This document shows positions 36,064 to 45,709 of a DNA stretch of 60,276 nucleotides, piece by piece. Position 1 is the stretch's first letter. Every line of letters starts with the position of its first letter. A program made the translations under genes and the position numbers. This DNA is from a virus (Duplodnaviria; Caudoviricetes): the IMG/VR virus record IMGVR_UViG_3300036859_000206, positions 1-60,276 of that record; one strand, 5' to 3'. Below the pieces are notes generated by a model. It searched no databases. It was not told the origin of the DNA and saw only the letters and a program-made list of their open reading frames with translations.

Positions 36064-36960
36064 TCAAAAGGAGCCGCACACCACGTGCAGGACCTCCCCA
36101 TCGGCGAAGCTGCCGCTCGGAGCGCTGAAGGTCGCGCTGGTCGTCGTGGTCGCGGGCTTCGTGTCCCCGCTCACCGAGCCCTGCGCGTTGCAGGCCGGGG
36201 CCGTGGCGTAGGCGCTGCCAAACGTCAACGTGCAGGAGGCTGGTGAGCCAGTCCCAACTGTGATGCGCGCGAACGCGCCCTTGCCGCTCACACTCGGTGA
36301 CGCGCCGCAGTTGCCAACACTGTGCGAGATACCGCCGCCGATCAGATGCTTCGTCGTTGCGTCCGCCGCAATGACGTTGCCGCTCGCATCCGTCGTGAAC
36401 AATCCGCCAGCGCCGTTATAGGTCGTCGCGATGAGGTTGCCGTTGTACTGGAATTGGAACTTGGTCACGCCCAGATACTGGAGACGCAAGATATCGGCGT
36501 ACGTCGCGCCGCTGGTCTGGTTGATGATGAGCCCGCCGTCCGACTGCACGTTGAGGTTGCAAGTGCTACCCGTCATCGCCAAGCACTGCGGTGGAGTGAC
36601 CGGGAGCGTCGAACCACCCCCACTAGGCGGCGTAGCGCAGATCGCAGCACCTGTCGCCGCGACGTTGCCGACCATGAACTGACCAGCGCTGCACGACGTG
36701 AATGAATAGACCGGCCCGAGTTGATCGGCGACGCAAAGGACAGAGCCGTTGCTCGCAATGCCATAAACGACTTGCCCTGGCGGGCACTGGCCACCGAAAC
36801 TACCGGCAGTGCCAGTTATTGCCACTTGCGCCGTTGAGTTATCGGCGTGGGTGACCGTTAGCGAGCCAGCGATGGTGTCGGCGAGCGCCGCTGCCGACCA
36901 TAGAGCGATAATCAGCCAAACTACCGTGGTGGAAAACCTAAATATGCCCGTGCTTTTCAT
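36064..36960 (-). CDS. Fibre-like / exported beta-rich protein
   Basis: Signal-peptide-like N-terminus, CxxGQ repeats, tail-fibre-type C-terminus. Confidence 0.55.
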   Translation of the reverse strand: MKSTGIFRFSTTVVWLIIALWSAAALADTIAGSLTVTHADNSTAQVAITGTAGSFGGQCPPGQVVYGIASNGSVLCVADQLGPVYSFTSCSAGQFMVGNVAATGAAICATPPSGGGSTLPVTPPQCLAMTGSTCNLNVQSDGGLIINQTSGATYADILRLQYLGVTKFQFQYNGNLIATTYNGAGGLFTTDASGNVIAADATTKHLIGGGISHSVGNCGASPSVSGKGAFARITVGTGSPASCTLTFGSAYATAPACNAQGSVSGDTKPATTTTSATFSAPSGSFADGEVLHVVCGSF

Positions 36961-36963
36961 AGT

Positions 36964-37845
36964 TCACCAGCAAGCGATAATGATGAGACCATCCCCTCCG
37001 GGACCTCCGGGACCTCCGGTGACTCCGGCGCCGCCACCTCCACCTCCACAGCACTGAGCGGCACTACCACCACTACCACCAGTACCAGATGCGCCGATTG
37101 CCCCGCCGCCGCCGCCGCCAAGCCCGAACAATGGGTTCCAGACAAAATAACCGTGAGCCCCAGCATTTCCGCCGAGCGCCCCGCCAAGCGCGGATGGAAA
37201 GGTGTTGTAAATAGGTGTGGAATTGCCGCCGGCGCCAGCGACGTCACTGGTATTGGAGCCGCCACCTCCGCCTCCACCAAGAAATAGTCCCACAGTCGCG
37301 TTGCTGCCTCCTGCCGAGGCCCCACCGGCTCCGCCGTTCGATCCGGCAGATGCTATGACTATACCGCTTTGCAAGAACGCGCCCGTAACTGCTGTTGCGG
37401 CCGCTGCTCCTGAAGACGCGCCACCGGCAGCCCCGGTTCCGGCACCGCCGCCGCCACCGGGGCCACAACTAGCGAGTGTGGTGTTTAGGTTCGGCCAATA
37501 CAAGATCGTAGCCGTGCCATCCGTTCCGGCCACCCCAGAACCAGCGCTGCCAGCCCCGCCGATGCCGACTTTGAAAGCGAGGTAATCCGGGCAACGGTGC
37601 GCTGGTAGCAGAAGACGCAAAATGGCGCCCGTGCATCCGCCGCCACCGCCGCCCTTCTGGCTACCCGATGCAGCACTAAAACCACCTCCGCCGCCGCCTG
37701 CGGCCCCGGCCATGAAGATATCAACCCATGATATGCCCTCCGGCCTTATCCATGTGCCACTCGGTATTGCGGCACTGCCAGTTTTGAATATCTGATAGCG
37801 CTCATTCTCGGCGCCGGGCGGATAAAATGGCAGGACCGGCAGCAT
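36964..37845 (-). CDS. Glycine-rich tail fibre-associated protein
   Basis: TW..P.G...V.I...GAAGGGGGG, GGGG repeats, G.GGDG.III end. Confidence 0.75.
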   Translation of the reverse strand: MLPVLPFYPPGAENERYQIFKTGSAAIPSGTWIRPEGISWVDIFMAGAAGGGGGGFSAASGSQKGGGGGGCTGAILRLLLPAHRCPDYLAFKVGIGGAGSAGSGVAGTDGTATILYWPNLNTTLASCGPGGGGGAGTGAAGGASSGAAAATAVTGAFLQSGIVIASAGSNGGAGGASAGGSNATVGLFLGGGGGGGSNTSDVAGAGGNSTPIYNTFPSALGGALGGNAGAHGYFVWNPLFGLGGGGGGAIGASGTGGSGGSAAQCCGGGGGGAGVTGGPGGPGGDGLIIIACW

Positions 37846-37848
37846 GGC

Positions 37849-38277
37849 TTAGTAGTCCTTGCCCTCACCAATCGCAAACCATCCGCTCGCGACGGCGGTC
37901 CCTAGAACGACGAGAATCTTCCACCCAGCCGGGATCGGACGGTTATAGCCCCAGAAGAGGTCAGGCGATGCCGCCGTGGCGCTCCCTGTCGTCGCTGGCA
38001 ACGTGTACTCTCCGATCAATTGATTGTTCGCCGCCGATGTGTTTGTGCTGCCGTTGTTGAGGAAGAAGCGCGCCACGGTTGCTACGTTGTTATTTCCGGA
38101 GCCGCCAGATGCGCGTAGGCGAACGCCGCTCAACCATGATCCATTCGCTCCGGCCGTGAAGCATGTCGTTACCGTACCTGTGCCGTCCTGCGCGGTGTTT
38201 GCCGCAGTGATCGCGGCGTTGCCAAGACCGCCTATATTAGACGTCAGTCCCCAAATTGGTGTCGTATTGGCAGGCAT
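37849..38277 (-). CDS. Tail fibre-associated protein
   Basis: MPANTTPI.. ANTA.DGTGTV... GKDY, between fibre genes. Confidence 0.65.
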   Translation of the reverse strand: MPANTTPIWGLTSNIGGLGNAAITAANTAQDGTGTVTTCFTAGANGSWLSGVRLRASGGSGNNNVATVARFFLNNGSTNTSAANNQLIGEYTLPATTGSATAASPDLFWGYNRPIPAGWKILVVLGTAVASGWFAIGEGKDY

Positions 38278-38279
38278 GG

Positions 38280-40652
38280 TCAGAAGGTCGCAAGGTTAAG
38301 GGAGAGCGCCCGGACGAGTCCGAGCGATATCGATGCGGTTATTCCAAGCGTAGTACGTGCGGTAGCGGCATCAGCGTCGTCTAGCAGTGACAGGCCGAAA
38401 TCCGTTATCGCTTTGGCGGCCAAATCGCCGCTCGAAGCGCGCGCTGGGAAGGTGTTTGCAGCGAACGCGACCTGAGCGACGGTATCGGCGCCGCTGCCAA
38501 TAGGCAACGCATTCGCGGCCCAATTCTGCGCAGCGAGTGCAGCCAGCGTTGCATCGGAGGCTTGCACGTCCGTACCGATGACTACACCGAGTGTCGTGCG
38601 GGCAGCGCTGGCGTCGGTGTCGTCAATCAGCGACAGCCCGAAATCGGTGATGGTCTTCGCGACCAGATTCCCACTCGCCGCTCGAGCCGGGAAGGTGTTC
38701 GCCGCGAACGTTACCTGGGACAACGTGTCGGTACCGCTGCCTATTGGCAATGCATTCGCGACCCAATCAGCGGCCGCAAGGGCAGTCAAGGTCGGGTCGA
38801 GCGACTGTGCGTCGGTTATCCCATAACCGGACAGCGTGGTAGGCGCGCTAGTGACTTTTGACCACGCGAGTGACGTAATCCAACTCGGGTTCGCATAGGA
38901 TCCACTCGTCAATACCAATGTTGACGATGGAATACTCGTGTCCTTAATGAGCTTACCAGTTGAACCGTCATAGACGGCTACATCACCATCGGTAGCCGAG
39001 GCGGGCCCACTCACCGCACCAACGATGTTGGTCTGGATCACGTTCCAGTTAGCGCCGACAGCGGCTTGGTCGCCGCTTGCGCTGCCATCGATCTTGCAGA
39101 GGAAATAATCCCCGGCCTCTACAGTGATCCCGCTGGCGCCACCGATCTTGCCGGCGACGCTCGCGACGTATAGGTGACCGGCATCTGCGGCTGGGTAATT
39201 CGGGTTCCCAGAGCAGTCCGTCGCCCCTTTGTACACCACCGCATCGGATGCGGCGATCAGGGCATCGACATACGCCTTAACGGCTTTTTGCGTCGCGATC
39301 CTGGCGTCCGAGTTAGCGGTGAGTGCGGTATCAGTGTCGCTTGCAAGCAGCGCGGCGCTGCCGAGACCGAGAGTCGCTCGAAAGGTCGCTGCGTCCGTAT
39401 CGTCAAGCAGGCTGCGGCAGAATGCGGTCAGGTCCGCCAGCGCGGCGGTCTCTGCCGCAGTGAAGTAGGGAAATTTATCTGCTGCGCTTGATAGCGCTGC
39501 CAGCGCTTGGAGCTCCGGATCTAGTCGAGCATTGGCTAACGTGCCGGAGGAAATGTTGCTGGCGCTGGTGGTGTCGACCCACGCTGACTGCACCAGTGTA
39601 TTGCCGTTGATCGAAACCGTACGTGCGGAGAAGTCGCCACCGATCAGCGGCGTTGCCGTGTTGGTGACATCGATGAACAGTCCGTTTGAGCCTGTCCATA
39701 GTCCTCCGGCGTTATAGCCTAGGAAAACGTTACTGGACCCGGTTGTCGTTCCGCCGCCACCAGATGCTGACCCCAGGGCTGTGTTCTTTGAGCCTGAGGT
39801 CATTCCGTTCATCGACTGCCGACCGATTGCGACGTTATCGAATCCGGTCGTTATCTTATCCATCGCTCGGAAGCCAACGGCGACGCAATTCTGCGCGGTG
39901 CTGCCGCTCACAACACCGTTGAGCGCCTTGCCACCAATAGCTACGTTAGCGAACCCCGTCGTGTTGTAGACCATCGCGTAAGTGCCGACGGCGACGTTCT
40001 CGTAACCTGTGGTGTTGGCATATAGAGCCCCGGCACCAAAAGCGCTGTTGTCTATCCCCGTGGTCAGGCCGGTAAGCGTCAGCGTCCCAAAACCGGCATT
40101 AGCGGTGCCCGTCGGAGCGGGCGGAAAACCGAATCCGGCGAATGTATTGCCCTCTGGATAATCTCTGGTTCGAAAAGCGGGAAGATCCACGATGCCGCCA
40201 TTGAAGGTTAGCGTGAACCCAGCCAGATTAAAGCTCGTGGTCTCTATCAGCGCCCCACCAAAACGTACGTCGTCCCCGATCCTAGTGATGCCATTGTCGA
40301 ACGTGAGACTAGAGCCGGCGGCGCCTAGAACCCACGAACTCGATCCGGCGTCCCACTTCCACACGTCGCCGTCATTGGCGCCGGTCGACACCATGTAGAC
40401 CGTCTGCGTGCCTGAGTTGTAGCCGATCGGGCTCGTAGCGGCGACGACGCCCGGAGCGCCGTCAGCACCGGGCGCACCAGCCGCGCCATCCAGACCACGC
40501 GGCCCTTGCTGCCCAACCGTGAGAACCAAAGGCGTCGCCGCATCGGCGATCACTGTCGCTTGGTTCACACCAGAAGACAGAACGCCGCTATCGCCATCAT
40601 CGATGCTCAGCACCGTAGTCTGGCCGCCGACGAATAGCACTCCTGGCTTCAC
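38280..40652 (-). CDS. Tail fibre protein
   Basis: Short collagen G-X-Y run, NxAxGxxAL..xTTG beta-roll repeats, three shaft repeats ending SL(L/I)DD.DA...R.TLG. Confidence 0.85.
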   Translation of the reverse strand: MKPGVLFVGGQTTVLSIDDGDSGVLSSGVNQATVIADAATPLVLTVGQQGPRGLDGAAGAPGADGAPGVVAATSPIGYNSGTQTVYMVSTGANDGDVWKWDAGSSSWVLGAAGSSLTFDNGITRIGDDVRFGGALIETTSFNLAGFTLTFNGGIVDLPAFRTRDYPEGNTFAGFGFPPAPTGTANAGFGTLTLTGLTTGIDNSAFGAGALYANTTGYENVAVGTYAMVYNTTGFANVAIGGKALNGVVSGSTAQNCVAVGFRAMDKITTGFDNVAIGRQSMNGMTSGSKNTALGSASGGGGTTTGSSNVFLGYNAGGLWTGSNGLFIDVTNTATPLIGGDFSARTVSINGNTLVQSAWVDTTSASNISSGTLANARLDPELQALAALSSAADKFPYFTAAETAALADLTAFCRSLLDDTDAATFRATLGLGSAALLASDTDTALTANSDARIATQKAVKAYVDALIAASDAVVYKGATDCSGNPNYPAADAGHLYVASVAGKIGGASGITVEAGDYFLCKIDGSASGDQAAVGANWNVIQTNIVGAVSGPASATDGDVAVYDGSTGKLIKDTSIPSSTLVLTSGSYANPSWITSLAWSKVTSAPTTLSGYGITDAQSLDPTLTALAAADWVANALPIGSGTDTLSQVTFAANTFPARAASGNLVAKTITDFGLSLIDDTDASAARTTLGVVIGTDVQASDATLAALAAQNWAANALPIGSGADTVAQVAFAANTFPARASSGDLAAKAITDFGLSLLDDADAATARTTLGITASISLGLVRALSLNLATF

Positions 40653-41254
40653 CGCGTGACCTCCGGGCTCACCGTGATGTCGCCACCAACCAGCCGGTAC
40701 ACCGTTGACCCGTTGACAAGCTCGAGATCGTAGACACCCTTCGTAAACGTCAGCGCAGCGGTCGCCGTGGACGAGATCAGCAGCGCGATTCCGCCACCGG
40801 AGTCGAGGGTCATGCCGCCGTTCTCGGTCGTCAGCGAAACCAGCGTGGTATCCGACTTGACCGATGGCCTGATCTGCATGCGGCCGGTGAACCCGGTGAG
40901 GTCGAGCGGCGCGTTGTAGTAGAACACCCCGCCGCCGCCGTAGGTCTCGCCCGTGGTGTTTACCACCGCGGAGAACGTGTTCGAGCTGACCTTGGTGATC
41001 GCGACCGCACTGCGCCGCTTGCCGATCTCGTTGGCGCGCGCGTCAAGCTCCGACATACCCGACATGCCCTGGAACCACGCGAGTACCCTCTGCGTCGGCA
41101 ATCCATGCGCCGCAGAGGTGAACACGGTCGGGATCCCGGCCGTCACCGCGCTGATCGCCTTGCCTACGAGATCGGTCGACCAATAGATCGTCTTGGTAAA
41201 TGTGGCGCCCTGGATGATCTCAAGTCCTAGTTTGGCTGGCTGGATGTCGGTCAT
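40649..41254 (-). CDS. Baseplate/fibre-attachment-like virion protein
   Basis: IIQGATF...PLDLTGFTGRMQIR...GVYDLEL...G.I.VSPEVTR with an inserted AISAVT..AAHGL domain. Confidence 0.7.
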   Translation of the reverse strand: MTDIQPAKLGLEIIQGATFTKTIYWSTDLVGKAISAVTAGIPTVFTSAAHGLPTQRVLAWFQGMSGMSELDARANEIGKRRSAVAITKVSSNTFSAVVNTTGETYGGGGVFYYNAPLDLTGFTGRMQIRPSVKSDTTLVSLTTENGGMTLDSGGGIALLISSTATAALTFTKGVYDLELVNGSTVYRLVGGDITVSPEVTR

Positions 41255-41264
41255 GGCGCGGAGT

Positions 41265-41603
41265 CTACTTGATGACGCCGTTTTTCCGTAGGTTTTCGAT
41301 GCACAGCACGCACGCGTCGCCACGCTTTTCGCAAGCCTGGAGGATCGCATCATTGACGCTCGGCTCGAGCTTGCCATCGCGCATGACCGGCTTGCCGCAG
41401 ATTACCGCGTCCATTTCGTAGGCGGCCTTGAGCTGGTCGCAGGTTCCATCCGTCCAGCGCGGAAGCGGGACCAGTTTTCCGCACGGGACGAAGCACTCCT
41501 TCGGGCAATCGGCCGGAACCGGCTCCGGCTTTCCGATGATGCGACGTGCCGTCTCGCAGCCCGACAACAATACGAGCACGGCGAGGATCAGGGCGAGGCG
41601 CAT
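41265..41603 (-). CDS. Outer-membrane spanin (Rz1-like lipoprotein)
   Basis: Lipobox LLSGC; GGAG RBS; downstream of the i-spanin. Confidence 0.75.
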   Translation of the reverse strand: MRLALILAVLVLLSGCETARRIIGKPEPVPADCPKECFVPCGKLVPLPRWTDGTCDQLKAAYEMDAVICGKPVMRDGKLEPSVNDAILQACEKRGDACVLCIENLRKNGVIK

Positions 41604-41605
41604 GT

Positions 41606-41956
41606 CTATCTCCCGGCGTTGCTGGCGTCGACTACCGTCGCGCCAACCTTGCACTTCGGGTCGAAAACGACGCTGACCTTGAGCGGTTGCTGCGCGCGAG
41701 CGGTTCCACTGCGCACAATCGCCAGGAGCGGCCCCATCGCCGCGGTAACGGCTGCCGCGTCGGCGGCGGCCTGGTCGGCGACTGCCGTAACCTGCGCGTC
41801 CTTGGCCGCCTTGTTCTTGGCGTTCTCGCGCTCCCAACGACTATTTTCGTCGGTCTTGCCTTCGACGTACCCTTGGTGGTGCTGCCAAACTCCCCAGCCC
41901 CATCCGCTGCCGATGGCGAGTACGCCGATCAGCAGATAGACGCCGAGAACGTTCAC
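41606..41956 (-). CDS. Inner-membrane spanin (Rz-like)
   Basis: N-terminal TM, helical periplasmic part, C-terminal Cys. Confidence 0.7.
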   Translation of the reverse strand: MNVLGVYLLIGVLAIGSGWGWGVWQHHQGYVEGKTDENSRWERENAKNKAAKDAQVTAVADQAAADAAAVTAAMGPLLAIVRSGTARAQQPLKVSVVFDPKCKVGATVVDASNAGR

Positions 41957-42093
41957 GGCAGCAGCAGCAGCGCGGCGAGCTGCCCTCGAGTCCAAGTATA
42001 GGGCTTGCGCCATTTCTCCGGCAGCCAGGACGGGCGGACGAATAACACGCTCAAGCCGGAAGCCCACGTGACGATCAAAAGGAACGTGCTCAT
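41953..42093 (-). CDS. Small membrane protein
   Basis: GAGG RBS; MSTFLLIVTWASGLSVLF. Confidence 0.5.
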   Translation of the reverse strand: MSTFLLIVTWASGLSVLFVRPSWLPEKWRKPYTWTRGQLAALLLLP

Positions 42094-42175
42094 CTGGAAT
42101 ACCTCTCTGCGATCCAATCCCACAGCAGTATCAGCGCCATCGCGAGGCCGAACAGGAAGCGGAGTGCGCGATCCA

Positions 42176-42685
42176 TCATGGTGCTGCCGGCGTCGACGTG
42201 ACCTTGGTCGTCGATGTCCCGTCAGCCGCCTGCTCAATTTCGACCACTTGAGACGGCGGAGCTGCCGGCGCCTGCGGAGGCGGCGGCGCACCAGCCCAAC
42301 GCGGGATCACGAAGGTGATAATCGCATCGATCAATTTGTTAATGACCGGCGAGCCTATGCCCACCAGGATCAGCAGGAACCACCAGATACCCAACTCCTT
42401 GAGCTTGATCTGGACGGCGTACAAGAGGAATGCCCACAGCGCGACCTCGAGGCAGGCCATCTGCACGATGTACTGCGAGCGCACCTTGCCGTCCGGACCA
42501 CGCAAGGTATCGAGGAGATCGAACGCTTTGCTCTCGTCCCGAGACGCCCGCATCAGCATCAGGATTTGGAACGACACCAGCATGAACAGGATCAGCCCGA
42601 GGGCCGACCGCTCGGTCGACAGTGCGTTGGCGAGCCCTGTGAGGAGCCCACCCATGTGATCGAATAGGGCGAGGAAAAATTCCAT
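42176..42685 (-). CDS. Holin-like multi-TM protein
   Basis: About three hydrophobic segments; adjacent to the endolysin. Confidence 0.6.
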   Translation of the reverse strand: MEFFLALFDHMGGLLTGLANALSTERSALGLILFMLVSFQILMLMRASRDESKAFDLLDTLRGPDGKVRSQYIVQMACLEVALWAFLLYAVQIKLKELGIWWFLLILVGIGSPVINKLIDAIITFVIPRWAGAPPPPQAPAAPPSQVVEIEQAADGTSTTKVTSTPAAP

Positions 42686-43239
42686 CAGTTCAGGCCCAGG
42701 CGAGCCTTCGCTCGCTCATAGAATATTTCGCGGCGCGCGATGTTGGTCAGCCCGCCGTTGACCAGCCGCGTCACGCGTCTGAAATCGCGACGATCTGCCG
42801 CATCATCGATGCGCCGGTCCCACCAGAACGCGCAGGCGGCGAACGCGCCCCAGGTTGGCGACTTCAGTTCATCCGGATGCGCGACCAGATCCACCCCTAC
42901 CCGCTTGGTGTCGAGCAGGGTATTGAGGCGTTCGTATGCCCCGCGACCGGTGTGCTCGATCGGCCCGCGGCCACGATAACGATAACCGTCTCCCGCCCTG
43001 ACATTCCCTAGGTCGTGCCGCCCCTCATAGCTCAGCTGCGTCTTCGTCGGGCCCCAGATCTCTTCCACAAAGTGCAGCTCGCCGCTCTCTTCCGCGATGG
43101 TCGCCAGGAAGGCGGCGTATTCGATCGGCTGGTCTACCTCGTAGCGCTTCATCGATGACGTGAGCGGGACATACCACGCGTCGATGACCTTCGCGCAGTT
43201 TGGCATGACGTAGACGAAGTCCTCCTTGGTGAGGATCAC
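42685..43239 (-). CDS. Endolysin, glycoside hydrolase family 19
   Basis: AAFLATIAEESG, LGNVRAGDGYRYRGRGPIEHTGR..Y, VTRLVNGG. Confidence 0.93.
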   Translation of the reverse strand: MILTKEDFVYVMPNCAKVIDAWYVPLTSSMKRYEVDQPIEYAAFLATIAEESGELHFVEEIWGPTKTQLSYEGRHDLGNVRAGDGYRYRGRGPIEHTGRGAYERLNTLLDTKRVGVDLVAHPDELKSPTWGAFAACAFWWDRRIDDAADRRDFRRVTRLVNGGLTNIARREIFYERAKARLGLN

Positions 43240-43511
43240 AGGCACAGCGCCTCCAGCGCGTCGTCGTATTGGGTCGTCGCTTGCTCCTTGCACGCCGGCA
43301 CATCATGGGCTGTATCGCACTTGCGGTACTCGACGTTGAATGTCGCCCGCGCCTCCTGCTGCTTGAGGATCAGCTGCTCACCCTGCGGGCATTGCGCGTG
43401 CGTGGCGACCGGCTGTTCCGGCGGTGCTGGCTTCGTGCAGCCATGCGCGAGGATGATGGCGCTCAAAACTGCGCCGGCGAACAGGACCCCAATGGCGGCG
43501 CGTGTGCTCAT
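43236..43511 (-). CDS. Putative lipoprotein
   Basis: Hydrophobic N-terminus with LAHGC lipobox. Confidence 0.6.
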   Translation of the reverse strand: MSTRAAIGVLFAGAVLSAIILAHGCTKPAPPEQPVATHAQCPQGEQLILKQQEARATFNVEYRKCDTAHDVPACKEQATTQYDDALEALCL

Positions 43512-43723
43512 CAACAGTCCCCGTGATTCTCATCATCTGGCTTCGCCGACGGCCATGGCGTTCTGCGGCCAATGGGCCCAGGCGAGTTCCACGATTCGGG
43601 GAACCGGACGGCGCCCAAGCGCTGTTGGCGTTTTTCCTCCGGTTTGTGGATGCGCCACGCAGCGAAGCCCGATAGCGCAGCGAGGAGCACGCCGGCGACT
43701 ACGATCCACAATCCTGCGCTCAT
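43511..43723 (-). CDS. Small single-TM protein
   Basis: MSAGLWIVVAGVLLAALSGFAAW. Confidence 0.55.
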   Translation of the reverse strand: MSAGLWIVVAGVLLAALSGFAAWRIHKPEEKRQQRLGAVRFPESWNSPGPIGRRTPWPSAKPDDENHGDC

Positions 43724-44166
43724 TCGATTCTCCGCACGAAACCGAAAAACCCCTGGTCGTCCACGCGCAACGTCAGCTCACAGCGTACTCCGGATAGGTA
43801 GATCACGGCGTCCATTTCGCGCCGGTCGCTGATCGCGCTGACGTATATCTCGACGTCGCCACGGCGCAAACAATCGAAAAACCCGAATCCTTCCAGGTGT
43901 TCGGGCGAGCGCATGGCAATGTGCCGGAGTCGCCGGTTGGTCGTGAGCCAGCGGCCGGCTGGATCGGCGGTAAACATGCCGATGTGCAGCACGTAGAGCA
44001 GCCCGGCGCTGACCCGCTCAGCTCGGTCAATACTACGTTGCTTGGCCCATTGGTTTTCGCGCCACCAGGGTCGGATGCGCAGCTGCCACAGCGCCCATGC
44101 GGCGCCGGCCGTGGCGCCGACTGCGGAGAGTTTCCCGGCTGCACTGGCGATCTCCCCGAGGTCCAC
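43720..44166 (-). CDS. Membrane-anchored PAS-domain protein
   Basis: N-terminal TM then IGMFTADPAGRWLTTNRRL..I..RSPEHLEGFGFFDCL, a PAS N-terminal pattern; ends GFFGFVRRI. Confidence 0.65.
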   Translation of the reverse strand: MDLGEIASAAGKLSAVGATAGAAWALWQLRIRPWWRENQWAKQRSIDRAERVSAGLLYVLHIGMFTADPAGRWLTTNRRLRHIAMRSPEHLEGFGFFDCLRRGDVEIYVSAISDRREMDAVIYLSGVRCELTLRVDDQGFFGFVRRIE

Positions 44167-44295
44167 TCAGCCGCCCCAATGCGCCGGAAATATCGACTTT
44201 GGCCGCATTGGATCCGCTGGCAACGTCCGACGACACGCGACGTAAAAGGCCAAGGTCATCGATCCGATCCCGATCCCGAGCAGCATCCAGGGCAT
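44167..44295 (-). CDS. Single-TM micro-protein (42 aa, MPWMLLGIGIGSMTLAFYVAC...)
   Basis: AGGAG RBS; below the ORF-track cut-off; manual translation. Confidence 0.55.
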   Translation of the reverse strand: MPWMLLGIGIGSMTLAFYVACRRTLPADPMRPKSIFPAHWGG

Positions 44296-44713
44296 GGCAC
44301 GGCTCCTGCGCGTGGTGGCGCCGAGCGTATCCTGTGGTCAAGCGTGCCGCAAGTCCGCTGGTTTTACCGGCGAGAACATCGCTTCGGCTTGCTCCAGCGC
44401 CCAGGTTTGCAGATCGCGATCAACCACCATCCAGATACCGCCATCGCCACGTTTCATCGACTGGCGCAATGCCGCCAAGATGAACAGCGCGCGGTTGATC
44501 CGGCGGTCTGGGTGTTCCAGATACTCAAGGGCGCGTTCGAGGCCGGCGACAATGGCCTTGGTTTCACGGTCACGGTCGAATTGCACGGTGGATTTTCGGC
44601 CACGATACCAACGCAACAATTCGCGTAATTCACGGATATCGTCTGGGGTCGCCGGCATGGCTATGACCGGCTCGTTCGTGGGGGCGCTGGCAGGCGCATG
44701 GGCTTGCATATCA

Positions 44714-44905
44714 TCACGGCTTGCCCGGCTTGCCGACCGCCGGTGCGTGTAGCTCCAAACGCTCCACGCGCCATTCCAAGCCGCGCAGCCGTGTCTCATT
44801 GCCCTGCACCCAGTGCACCACGCTATTGACCACCAGCATGGTCAGGGAGACGCCGAGGCCAGCCCAGAACTGGGGGCGTACGTCGTGTGGTGTTCTTTTG
44901 GCCAC
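44714..44905 (-). CDS. Small TM/coiled-coil protein
   Basis: TM followed by RLRGLEWRVERLE. Confidence 0.5.
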   Translation of the reverse strand: MAKRTPHDVRPQFWAGLGVSLTMLVVNSVVHWVQGNETRLRGLEWRVERLELHAPAVGKPGKP

Positions 44906-45187
44906 CTAGACCACCGGCGCGTCAAGGTGGTCGGCGCAGCGATGTTCGGATATTCGCGGCCTGATCCAGCGCGATAAAAATGCTTCCGTGGCGTCCATGG
45001 AGTCGAGCCCGACGCAGCGCTGGCAGTCGCAACACACCGGATTAAGGCTTGGAGTCGCCGTCCCATCCGGCTGCGCGATCCACGCCACATCCCCAAGGCA
45101 GCGACGTGGCCCAGTCGCTGCCCCGACGTCGGAGCCGGCGGCTGGGATCGCATACAACGCCGGTCGCGACCTCTTGTTCATTGGCGC

Positions 45188-45703
45188 TCAGCCACCGGAC
45201 ACGAAGCGCGGATCGTTCGGGTCGGCGCCGATCGACTCGTCGTAGCGCAATGCCTCGAGTTTGGCGCTGATGACCGCCGCCACGGTCTCTTCCTTGCCAA
45301 TTGCGGTAACGCGCGGCAATTTCTCGTCGCTGGTCGCGTCGGCATAGGCCCAGCGCGGCTGATTCAGCGATGAGCCGGCGATTTCTGTGCTGCGGTGGAT
45401 GACGTAGGCGTCGTCCTCATTCAGCCCGAAGGTCGTAATGGCATCGTTGACCACGAATCGTTCGCCGAGCACAGGGATGACGACGCCAGCACGCTGTTCG
45501 CGTTCCCGCTGCCGTTGCAACAGCTCTCGATCTTCCGGTCCCAATTCGTCGTATTCGCGCCGACGCACACTGCGGGTGACCGGATCGTAGTCGGCCATGT
45601 CGTTGACGTAGACCCGGCCACCACCGAAGCCCGTGTGCGCCGCGCCGCCGAAGACCACGGCCTCGAGGGCCGCCAGTCGAGTTTCGATCTGCGATTTCAT
45701 CAT
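45188..45703 (-). CDS. Hypothetical protein
   Basis: AAGGAGG RBS. Confidence 0.65.
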   Translation of the reverse strand: MMKSQIETRLAALEAVVFGGAAHTGFGGGRVYVNDMADYDPVTRSVRRREYDELGPEDRELLQRQREREQRAGVVIPVLGERFVVNDAITTFGLNEDDAYVIHRSTEIAGSSLNQPRWAYADATSDEKLPRVTAIGKEETVAAVISAKLEALRYDESIGADPNDPRFVSGG

Positions 45704-45709
45704 CCCTCC

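Noticed and set aside
38340-38800. Duplicated ~70-aa segment in the tail fibre as a shufflon or invertible element
   Set aside because: Diverged direct protein repeats typical of fibre shafts; no invertase or inverted crossover sites.
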